Source: a virus (lineage: Duplodnaviria > Heunggongvirae > Uroviricota > Caudoviricetes). From it: a stretch of 64,000 nt of DNA. A model generated the notes under the pieces. The model saw nothing but the letters and a program-made list of their open reading frames with translations, was not told the DNA's origin and did not search any database. Location: the IMG/VR virus record IMGVR_UViG_3300028571_000011; one strand, given 5' to 3'. The position numbers were made by a program, and so were the translations under genes. This document shows, in pieces, positions 57,124 through 64,000 of the stretch. How positions within the stretch are numbered: position 1 is the first letter of the stretch; each line of letters begins with the position of its first letter.

Positions 57124-57482
57124 TCCTTCGTTCCTTCCAAGACTGGTTCCCCAGCCTGCAACCGATTCCACTCGTCATCCGTCAGCGCGCGGTAGCAACC
57201 ACTGAAGCTTGACTCTGTCTCATCACCGCTCTTCCGGTGGATGAGCTTCCCAATGAAGATACTCAGACCATCTGGAGCGTCGTCAAGGCCCATCTCGTCC
57301 AGCTGTTTCGTTCCCCATTCATCGATCATGAGCCAAGAGTGAGCACCTGTGTGCTCTAGCACACTCCCGCCGTATGGGCCATTGGCAATCAGGATCTGAC
57401 TTGGGGTATCCCAGTCAGGCTCCAAACTCCCGTGCTCGTCTTCCATAGGTACGATGGTGGTCATGTCGCTGAGTTTGGTCAT
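57120..57482 (-). CDS. Hypothetical acidic protein (120 aa)
   Basis: Operonic small ORF. Confidence 0.65.
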   Translation of the reverse strand: MTKLSDMTTIVPMEDEHGSLEPDWDTPSQILIANGPYGGSVLEHTGAHSWLMIDEWGTKQLDEMGLDDAPDGLSIFIGKLIHRKSGDETESSFSGCYRALTDDEWNRLQAGEPVLEGTKE

Positions 57483-58078
57483 ACCCTACCTTTGATCAAA
57501 GGGGATACCTGCTCATGAAGGTACGGAGAGTCTCTCGGTCGAAGGTGAGTCTCTCGGTCGAAGGTGACAGCCTTGATCTGGTCATGCAGCTTGGTGACGC
57601 CAGCAATCGTAGGTTCACCGTCAGACAAGTTGCCGAGCTTGACACGGATGCGGATGAGGTCATCACCCATGTTGAAGCGCGTCCGCATCACGTTATTCAC
57701 GTAAGCAGGAAGATCCTCCGTCTTCACGTCTGTAGCCTTGAGCGCAGCCATGACCTTGTTGAGTACGTCACACTTCTGTTGGTAGAGTTGCTGACCATAC
57801 GCGATGTCTTCCAAGCGCTGGTCTTCAACCTCAGCTTCAATCTTGGTCTTCTCTGCTTCCTTCGTGAGGTAACTGTCGACTCGCTTCTTCAGCGCTTCGA
57901 GTTGGGACACCAATTCCTTGTTCTGGTCACGGACCAACTTGAGTTGGTTGAACGACGTTCGGAGTGCTGCTCTGGCAACCATCACCAGAGACTCTGCTGG
58001 GATGCCGTCGACCTGCTCACCGAAGTAGTCGCGCAGCGACTTGATGGCTGCGGCATTGCTCTCTGCTTCGCTGTTCAT
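57479..58078 (-). CDS. Coiled-coil hypothetical protein; C-terminus altered by a 19-bp duplication
   Basis: ATGA-coupled; tandem repeat at 57528-57565. Confidence 0.65.
   Translation of the reverse strand: MNSEAESNAAAIKSLRDYFGEQVDGIPAESLVMVARAALRTSFNQLKLVRDQNKELVSQLEALKKRVDSYLTKEAEKTKIEAEVEDQRLEDIAYGQQLYQQKCDVLNKVMAALKATDVKTEDLPAYVNNVMRTRFNMGDDLIRIRVKLGNLSDGEPTIAGVTKLHDQIKAVTFDRETHLRPRDSPYLHEQVSPLIKGRV
57528..57565. repeat. Perfect 19-bp tandem duplication
   Basis: gagtctctcggtcgaaggt x2. Confidence 0.9.
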
Positions 58079-58917
58079 ACCATCACCACCTTGATGTTCT
58101 TCAGATGGCCCAGCAAGGCCATCAGGCTTTGCCGCACGATCAGGTCGTACGGTTCCATGGCCATGATGTTGTTGTACTGGTACACCTTGTTGCCCTTCTT
58201 GTCGGTACCCGCCGTCACCGCAAACGACGAGGTGGGATTGAGGGAGCTATCCTCCATCAACCTCAGAAGGAATTGAGCCGTGGTGACTTCTTCGGGCAGT
58301 GGCTGTGCGTCAGCTGCGGCAGCCTCGGCTTCTGCAAGGTCCTTGCGGAGTTCGGTGAACAAGCCAGTCATGCTGGGCAGGGCATCTCTCAGTGTGTGTT
58401 CGTTCTTCATTCCTGCGGTGACCAAGATTGCGTTGATGCAACCAAGAGCTTCTTTCGTGAGAATCTCTTCCTCTGAAGCCTTGGCAATGGCTTCCTCGTT
58501 GAGATGTCCGTATCTCGCACGGAGTTCGGTGACTGTGAGGATCAAACTCTTCTTCGAAGAGAACAGGGTAGCGACAGCGTTCGTCAGGAGACGGGTCAGG
58601 TCACGGAAGTCCTTGACGTCATCAGACGTCAAGCTCATTGCTGAGACGACTTGGTTGTCGACGCCGAGAGTGCTCAGCTGCCGGACCATCACCTTGCAGT
58701 CCTCAAGCTCCTGAGCGACCTGCAGGCCGATGCGTGCGAATTCATTGCTGGTGTCTTCCTCCTTGTCCTCTGACAAGTCGGCGACCTGAAAAATCTCTTC
58801 CCTCAGCTGCCCAAGGGCCAGACCGACATCCCGCAAGCGGTTCTCCAGAGATGACTGGATCGGAAGCGGGTCAACGGTGATTGGGGGCTTCGAGACAGGT
58901 TGCTTCTTCTTGGTCAT
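58075..58917 (-). CDS. Helical hypothetical protein (280 aa)
   Basis: AAAGGA Shine-Dalgarno. Confidence 0.72.
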   Translation of the reverse strand: MTKKKQPVSKPPITVDPLPIQSSLENRLRDVGLALGQLREEIFQVADLSEDKEEDTSNEFARIGLQVAQELEDCKVMVRQLSTLGVDNQVVSAMSLTSDDVKDFRDLTRLLTNAVATLFSSKKSLILTVTELRARYGHLNEEAIAKASEEEILTKEALGCINAILVTAGMKNEHTLRDALPSMTGLFTELRKDLAEAEAAAADAQPLPEEVTTAQFLLRLMEDSSLNPTSSFAVTAGTDKKGNKVYQYNNIMAMEPYDLIVRQSLMALLGHLKNIKVVMV

Positions 58918-58928
58918 ACTGTGTTCCT

Positions 58929-59198
58929 TTATCCTGAGATCGCTTTTTGGACGGCTTTGAGAATATCACCGACGGTGACGAAGTCACTCATCGAGTAGGT
59001 GTCTTCGAAGATGGAGTTGGCTTCTGGGAAGCGTTCACACACTTCGGTTTCAATAGACATGACGACTTCGTTGAAGTCAAGGGAGTCCAGATGCATACCA
59101 CCAGTGAACAGCTTGTCCGTCAGAAGGATGTTCTCCCGCATCTTGCCACACTGGTTTGCAATGATCTGGAGAACGACTCGCGTGAAAGCTTCATCCAT
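58929..59198 (-). CDS. acpP: Acyl carrier protein homologue
   Basis: RVVLQIIANQCG...LDSLDFNEVVMSIE...FVTVGDIL; DSL phosphopantetheine-attachment serine retained. The ORF is open to 59261. Confidence 0.85.
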   Translation of the reverse strand: MDEAFTRVVLQIIANQCGKMRENILLTDKLFTGGMHLDSLDFNEVVMSIETEVCERFPEANSIFEDTYSMSDFVTVGDILKAVQKAISG

Positions 59199-59597
59199 CA
59201 CGGGCTGGGCTGAGACTTTGACACCTCCGATACGGAGAAGGGAGTCGATCCGACCCTTCAACGTCGGGTCGTAAGGCCCTGCACCATCGCGGTTCTGAAC
59301 GGTACGAAGCTCCTCCTGAGCCTCTCACGGGCTGGGCTGAGAGCCATCTGCAGCTGTCCGGGGACTGCTTCAGGGTACGTGTTCGTCACATCCTCGAAGG
59401 CGTTGGTCGGTGCTGCATGAGGTTGGAGAACATTGAAGTTGGTCTCAACCTTCCGAAGCACTTTCCGCCTGACAGCAGGGCACTCAGCCAGACCAGTGAT
59501 CATTCGGACAGCGTCCTTGTCGCCGAACTGCGTCAGTGAACTCGACGGTGACACGCGTGGTGAAGAAGTTTTCTGGTTTCTCGGTCATTTCAACTTC

Positions 59598-59825
59598 CTA
59601 TTCGTTTGTGGAGTCTGGTCGGAGTCGCTGAACCATGTTGAACAGAGCATCCCGAGTTTTGTCGCATTCATCGTTTGCGACTTCCAACTCAGTCCTCAAC
59701 TTTGAGATTTGGTCTTGAAGACTGCGGCAACGGTTTGAATGCTGCTCGTACAAGATCGAGAGATCTTGCAGTTCCTCTTCGGCCCTGAGGATCTTCTTTT
59801 TGAGGATTTCTTGTTTTGTAGCCAT
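59598..59825 (-). CDS. Small coiled-coil protein
   Basis: Heptad pattern; operonic position. Confidence 0.6.
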   Translation of the reverse strand: MATKQEILKKKILRAEEELQDLSILYEQHSNRCRSLQDQISKLRTELEVANDECDKTRDALFNMVQRLRPDSTNE

Positions 59826-59826
59826 G

Positions 59827-60099
59827 TTACATTGCCCAATCTGGGCAACCATCTGACCGGCTGCGTTCGTCGTTGCGTCGTTCGATTGCTGCTTCTTCGT
59901 CCGTCACATCACCATCGAAGTCACGGATGACGCTTCCATCAGCCATGAACAGGACAGTTTCGCACTGGCCACGACCGTGGTCCACGTGGTAGCGAGCAAT
60001 CTCTTTGTCGTCTGAACGACCGTTGAACTCCAGCACATGACCGAGCTTGCGGGCCTGCTGGATGTTCCTGATTGCGGCTGGAGAAGCTGGGGGAGTCAT
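59827..60099 (-). CDS. Hypothetical protein (90 aa)
   Basis: ATGA-coupled to a 59-aa ORF (60096..60275) below the track threshold. Confidence 0.6.
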   Translation of the reverse strand: MTPPASPAAIRNIQQARKLGHVLEFNGRSDDKEIARYHVDHGRGQCETVLFMADGSVIRDFDGDVTDEEAAIERRNDERSRSDGCPDWAM

Positions 60100-60271
60100 G
60101 GCTGCTCTTTCATCGTTCGATGTTTGGGCCGGGAGAGTGCAACGTCAATCCGCCGAAGCAGAGCCTTGCCTTCTCGTGCCCTCTTGGGCTCAAGAAGGTT
60201 GATCGTCGGTGATGTTGCTTCACGTCTCACGTACGCTCGCGCTTCAGTCAGCACTTCACGCACTTCACGGT

Positions 60272-60769
60272 TCATGACTTCGCCTTCCCCAAAGCAGTCC
60301 CAAGGATGTCCATCCGGTCACCAATGAAGGGCCGCTCTGGCTCATTCCACGCATCGATGACGTCTTGTGCCGCATCGGTGACTTCAGCGAGGTTGGTGGT
60401 GACACCCAGTATGATCACCGTGTCATCAGCAATGATTCTGGCACGCTCTTTCGCCAGTGCCTCCGCTGCATCGGCCCGTTCGTTCGCTGCGTCACGCTCA
60501 GCAGTGAGAGCAGCAAACTGGCGTCGCCAGCCGTTGGTGGCATCTCGGAGTTCATTCCTTGCCACGTCGCGCTCGTTTTCGATTGCCTCGACAACCACCT
60601 TGTAGTCTCTGATGGTACCATCAGAGATGATGCGCTGATTTTTCAGGCACATCTCAGCGTGCCTGAAGCGTGTTTCGCCCTCACTGGCTCGTACTTTCGC
60701 CTCCTTCAACTGCGCTTTGAGCGTATCGATGAAGGCCATGACTGCGAACGGGTCCAACTCGGTAGGCAT
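60272..60769 (-). CDS. Coiled-coil hypothetical protein
   Basis: AAGGAG Shine-Dalgarno before MPTELD. Confidence 0.65.
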   Translation of the reverse strand: MPTELDPFAVMAFIDTLKAQLKEAKVRASEGETRFRHAEMCLKNQRIISDGTIRDYKVVVEAIENERDVARNELRDATNGWRRQFAALTAERDAANERADAAEALAKERARIIADDTVIILGVTTNLAEVTDAAQDVIDAWNEPERPFIGDRMDILGTALGKAKS

Positions 60770-60933
60770 GTGATATCTCCTTAGACGAGGATTTCGCGGT
60801 AGCGGATGCCATAGTGGCCGATATTCCAGCACGCGTTGGTGATGGCGTAGTGCCGGTCCATGGCTCGCTTCACGTCAAGGACGTCGACACCGGGAGCACT
60901 GAACTTGTGGGCTTGGTGGTAGCGCTTCATGTC

Positions 60934-61167
60934 TTACTCTTCCATTTCACAGGCAGCGCGACCTGCGTCGTAGGCAGCCCTGCCGTGTGCAACAAGGTCA
61001 GCTGCTGATCCACCACCGTGGTTACCCATCATGATGAAGAACGCCTCCCGTGCAACAATCGCCTTGGCGACGTCTTCACCGAAGCACTTCTTCCACTGCT
61101 TTCCGTATGAATCCTCCACACGCTCTTTGATCAACTTCCCGATCGACTTGTAGTGGTTAGTGCTCAT
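60934..61167 (-). CDS. Hypothetical protein (77 aa)
   Basis: Start MSTNHY 7 nt after a promoter hexamer. Confidence 0.65.
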   Translation of the reverse strand: MSTNHYKSIGKLIKERVEDSYGKQWKKCFGEDVAKAIVAREAFFIMMGNHGGGSAADLVAHGRAAYDAGRAACEMEE

Positions 61168-61174
61168 ACGCAAA

Positions 61175-61203
61175 CACTTATCACAGATCACTGGAGCAGT
61201 CAA
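61175..61203 (-). promoter_or_regulatory. Putative promoter (leaderless); -35 lies in a 16-bp inverted repeat
   Basis: TTGACT-N17-TAAGTG-T; inverted repeat 61188-61203 / 61211-61226. Confidence 0.55.
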
Positions 61204-61230
61204 GTTATGATTGACTGCTCCAGTGACAAT

Positions 61231-62172
61231 TCAGTCGTTGCGGAGACCAAGAGCCATCAATTCCTTGGTGGACAGCTGGAGTCCACGGCGAGCGCAGTAG
61301 GACTGGGGGTTGGCCACGCCGTAGAACTTCGCAGCCTTGGCGAGGGTGGTGTTGCCGATGCTGCCGAGCCACATGTCGACAGGACCGTTGCTCCTGACCT
61401 TCTCCAAGACCATCTCGTACTTCCCATCACCGAGGTACTTGCGGACCTCACGGATGACGGTGGTGACCTCGCCCCACTTGCGGTCGAGCGCTTTCATGTC
61501 ACCGGCGTACCAGACGCCGTTGCGCTTCATGTAGGGCATGCCACCGAGGACGCGGACTTCGTCCACCAAGTTGGTGGGGACGTCGAGACCCTTGCGGTAG
61601 TTGTACCCTTTCTCCATCCAAGAGCCCATGCTCTGGGTGTTCTCGCGCCAGCCTTCGGGACGTTCAGCGTTGGGCTTGCGCACGGACTTGGGTGCCGAGC
61701 AGAGAATCCCAGTGACGGGATTCACGTACAGGTCACCCCACTTCCCCGAACGGTAGCTGGTCAGAGGGACGTAGCCACGGACACCGCTGTAGCGGCTGGT
61801 GTTGGGCACCGTGGGGGTCTTGCCATCCATGACGACGTCGAAGCGCACCATGCCCTGACGCAGGTGCTGGATGAGGTGGTACTGGGTGGCCGAGTTCAGG
61901 TTGAGATTCTCACGGATCTCGGAGTAGACCTTGTCCCAGCTGCGACCGACAGCCTTACGGAGGAAGCCGAGGAGGGGAGTGAAGTACTCACTCAACTCCT
62001 TGCCGCCACTGTAGTGGCTGTTGTAGCTGCCACGACCCATGGTCTGCTTCGAGGGAAGCGTCTCAGCGTCGGTGGCCTTCATCTTGGCACGGGCAGCACG
62101 GCGAGACTGAGCACCATCCCTCGAACCACGGCGAGGGCGCTCACAGAGCAACGTAGCGATATCGTTCCGCAT
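61231..62172 (-). CDS. Basic hypothetical protein (313 aa, MRxD...ERPR type)
   Basis: Very strong codon bias; MRNDIATLLCERPRRG...TPLLGFLRKAVGRSWDKVYSEI. I recall similar bacterial hypotheticals but cannot name the family. Confidence 0.8.
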   Translation of the reverse strand: MRNDIATLLCERPRRGSRDGAQSRRAARAKMKATDAETLPSKQTMGRGSYNSHYSGGKELSEYFTPLLGFLRKAVGRSWDKVYSEIRENLNLNSATQYHLIQHLRQGMVRFDVVMDGKTPTVPNTSRYSGVRGYVPLTSYRSGKWGDLYVNPVTGILCSAPKSVRKPNAERPEGWRENTQSMGSWMEKGYNYRKGLDVPTNLVDEVRVLGGMPYMKRNGVWYAGDMKALDRKWGEVTTVIREVRKYLGDGKYEMVLEKVRSNGPVDMWLGSIGNTTLAKAAKFYGVANPQSYCARRGLQLSTKELMALGLRND

Positions 62173-62361
62173 TGGATTCTTTCAACCCAGTGCGCCGGTA
62201 GCAACACCACTTGGTCCGTATGACCAAGCAACATCACGACCTATCAAGGCGCATGAGTAACTATTTCTTCGAAAGAAGAAATGTAAAACCTATGCATGCG
62301 GCTGGGGTCTTGATGAACATGGCGAACCTCGGTTGAAAGATCTACTGCTCTGGCGTGCTCT

Positions 62362-62447
62362 CTTATAGGGTGCTCGTTTGTCGCTGTCAACTGGTGATCT
62401 TGTGGGTCAATCTGATCTTGACTTCCAATGTGCACTGTGTTAGGAGT
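62362..62447. promoter_or_regulatory. Divergent promoter pair at the strand switch
   Basis: Minus strand TTGACA (62390-62385)-N17-TATAAG; plus strand TTGACT (62418-62423)-N17-TAGGAG-T. Confidence 0.6.
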
Positions 62448-62481
62448 CAAGCGGACCACAGACGCCACTAGGAGTTTGACG

Positions 62482-63024
62482 ATGTTGAAGCTTGATATGC
62501 CGCTCTTCGATGTTCGCACCTTGGAACCCGGAGATGAGGTGGCGGTGCGGAAGCTGAATACCGTCCACGCTGCGATCTTCCTCACCGACGGCTGGAAGGG
62601 GAAGCTCGTCGACAAGTACGGCCACCTCTCCTACTCCCAGAAGAGTGGCATTGCTCTGGCTGCCCTTGACCTGCTGAGCGGCCAGTGGATCCCCATGGTC
62701 TGTCGGGCCTCGTCGGTCATTGGTCTCAGCAAAGACTACGAAGCAGCTGAAGAAGCTGCAGCTGCCAAACTTCGAGCCGACATCAAGGCCCAACACGAGC
62801 AGGATGACGTCTGGAACAAACGCCGTCTCACCCTCGTGGCAGAGATGGCTGGCTTCTTCGACAGCTACTGCCGTAAGGTTGAATTCCTCGACGACAAGAA
62901 AGGGAAGTTCACGCACGACAAGGCAGGACTCACAGCAAACCGTGTCGAAATGAGCGTCGCCGACTTCTCATTTCTCATGTCCTTGGCTCGCAAGTCCATG
63001 CCTCCAAGTTCATCGTCTGACTGA
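62482..63024 (+). CDS. Hypothetical protein (180 aa)
   Basis: TAGGAG Shine-Dalgarno before MLKLD. Confidence 0.7.
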   Translation: MLKLDMPLFDVRTLEPGDEVAVRKLNTVHAAIFLTDGWKGKLVDKYGHLSYSQKSGIALAALDLLSGQWIPMVCRASSVIGLSKDYEAAEEAAAAKLRADIKAQHEQDDVWNKRRLTLVAEMAGFFDSYCRKVEFLDDKKGKFTHDKAGLTANRVEMSVADFSFLMSLARKSMPPSSSSD

Positions 63025-63230
63025 CTGGGCTCACAGTTACTACACCGAACACCCAAGCTCCTAGCTCCTCAACCTCCCCCTAGGTCTACAGGGCAACTTC
63101 ACAACCCCAGTCACCCTGTGTCTTTCCACCCAACCAAGAGTTCCTCTAGCCTTGAGTTGTCATACCCTCCAACCTGATCAACTCCGATACATCTCCCACC
63201 CAGATCTGATCTCGAAAGTGAGTAACCCCT

Positions 63231-63872
63231 ATGTCTGATGTACCTGATCCCACCTCCGAGTCCTACGACCTCCCCCTGACAGATCAGCAAGCCTTCGACA
63301 TCGCAGCTGTGCATCTCCTGAAGCAAGGAGAGCGCTCCTACTGTGCTGACATCGCAGCGGCGAATGAGTGCATGTACCGTCTCCCCACTGAGGACGGCCG
63401 AGTTCTCAAGTGCTCAGTAGGTGCACTGCTGCGGGACCGTGAATACTTCAAAGAGATGGAAGGGTCTGCAGTTTCGCTCTTGATTGGCTCAAATCAGCAT
63501 GACGGCAATCCCACTTGGCCAGCTGCCAAAGCGCGTCTTCACCATGTGAAACCTTCGTTGCTTCAGCGTCTTCAGATCGCACATGATGGTCACGAAGTTG
63601 CCGAGTGGCGTGATCAGCTAGCCCTCATCGCTGAAGATGAGGGTCTCAGCGTTGCTGTACTGGTGACGTCAGAAGCAGCAGTCAGTGCATCAGCACAAGC
63701 AGAAGCTCTACATGCGAAGTGGTGCGACGCAGTTGGCATGGTCAACAATCTCATTGTGAAGCTGGCTGATACCAGAGTTGAGTTGGCAGCCGCCCGAGTT
63801 GAAGCAGCAAAGATCTACCATGATTGGTGTAACCACGGTAAGGTCGAAACCACCACAAAGGACAAGTCATGA
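63231..63872 (+). CDS. Phage hypothetical protein (213 aa)
   Basis: QQAFDIAAVHLLKQG...CMYR...LKCSVGALL...LLQRLQIAHD pattern that I recognise as typical of phage hypotheticals. Confidence 0.7.
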   Translation: MSDVPDPTSESYDLPLTDQQAFDIAAVHLLKQGERSYCADIAAANECMYRLPTEDGRVLKCSVGALLRDREYFKEMEGSAVSLLIGSNQHDGNPTWPAAKARLHHVKPSLLQRLQIAHDGHEVAEWRDQLALIAEDEGLSVAVLVTSEAAVSASAQAEALHAKWCDAVGMVNNLIVKLADTRVELAAARVEAAKIYHDWCNHGKVETTTKDKS

Positions 63873-64000
63873 TCAGTAGCCGCTTCGTAAACCGCGACAC
63901 CATCAAGTTCTTCACCTGTGAAAAGTCTGGAGAGGAAGTGAACTTGGTTGCCACCATCGACATCGTGTGGCCCAAGCGGAAGACCTTAAAAGTCAAGGTC
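63869..64000 (+). CDS. Hypothetical protein, 5' part (runs off the window)
   Basis: ATGA overlap; open to the window end. Confidence 0.5.
   Translation, partial: MISSRFVNRDTIKFFTCEKSGEEVNLVATIDIVWPKRKTLKVKV

Noticed and set aside
61153-62223. 356-aa plus-strand ORF
   Set aside because: Antisense shadow of the strongly codon-biased gene 61231..62172.
1-64000. CRISPR array, tRNA or rRNA genes
   Set aside because: No regularly spaced direct repeats and no cloverleaf with a GTTC(G/A)A T-arm were found in the intergenic gaps; read by eye only, so tRNAscan-SE and a CRISPR finder should confirm.
1-64000. Stop-codon reassignment
   Set aside because: Conserved genes (dnaB, polA, rIIA, fibres) are full length in the standard code and coding density is high.

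Overview
A contiguous 64-kb segment of a large (jumbo-like) tailed dsDNA phage with a contractile tail, read in the standard genetic code and densely packed with ATGA/GTGA-overlapping genes. 1-21 kb holds replication, recombination and nucleotide genes: DnaB helicase with a LAGLIDADG intein in its P-loop, dUTPase, family-A DNA polymerase fused to a UDG-like domain, endonuclease VII, vWA protein, ABC ATPase + SbcD-like nuclease, rIIA/rIIB, phosphoesterase, HD nucleotidase, dNMP kinase and translation factor IF-1. 21-48 kb holds baseplate and tail-fibre genes, interrupted by a divergent sigma-70 / beta-clamp pair. 48.6-62.2 kb is a minus-strand run of small early-type genes including a Nudix hydrolase and an acyl carrier protein, and direction switches again at about 62.4 kb. 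I saw no tRNA, rRNA, CRISPR array, reverse transcriptase or integrase. The most unusual signals are non-coding or below the ORF threshold. (i) A recurring sigma70-like promoter class TTGAC-N17-TA that mostly lacks the -7 T and often sits 6-7 nt before an ATG (leaderless mRNAs). (ii) An 18-bp perfect inverted repeat enclosing a promoter and a mini-gene between divergent genes (possible invertible switch). (iii) Long structured 5' leaders. (iv) A trio of paralogous mini-proteins. All functional calls come from motifs recognised by eye; no database search was run.
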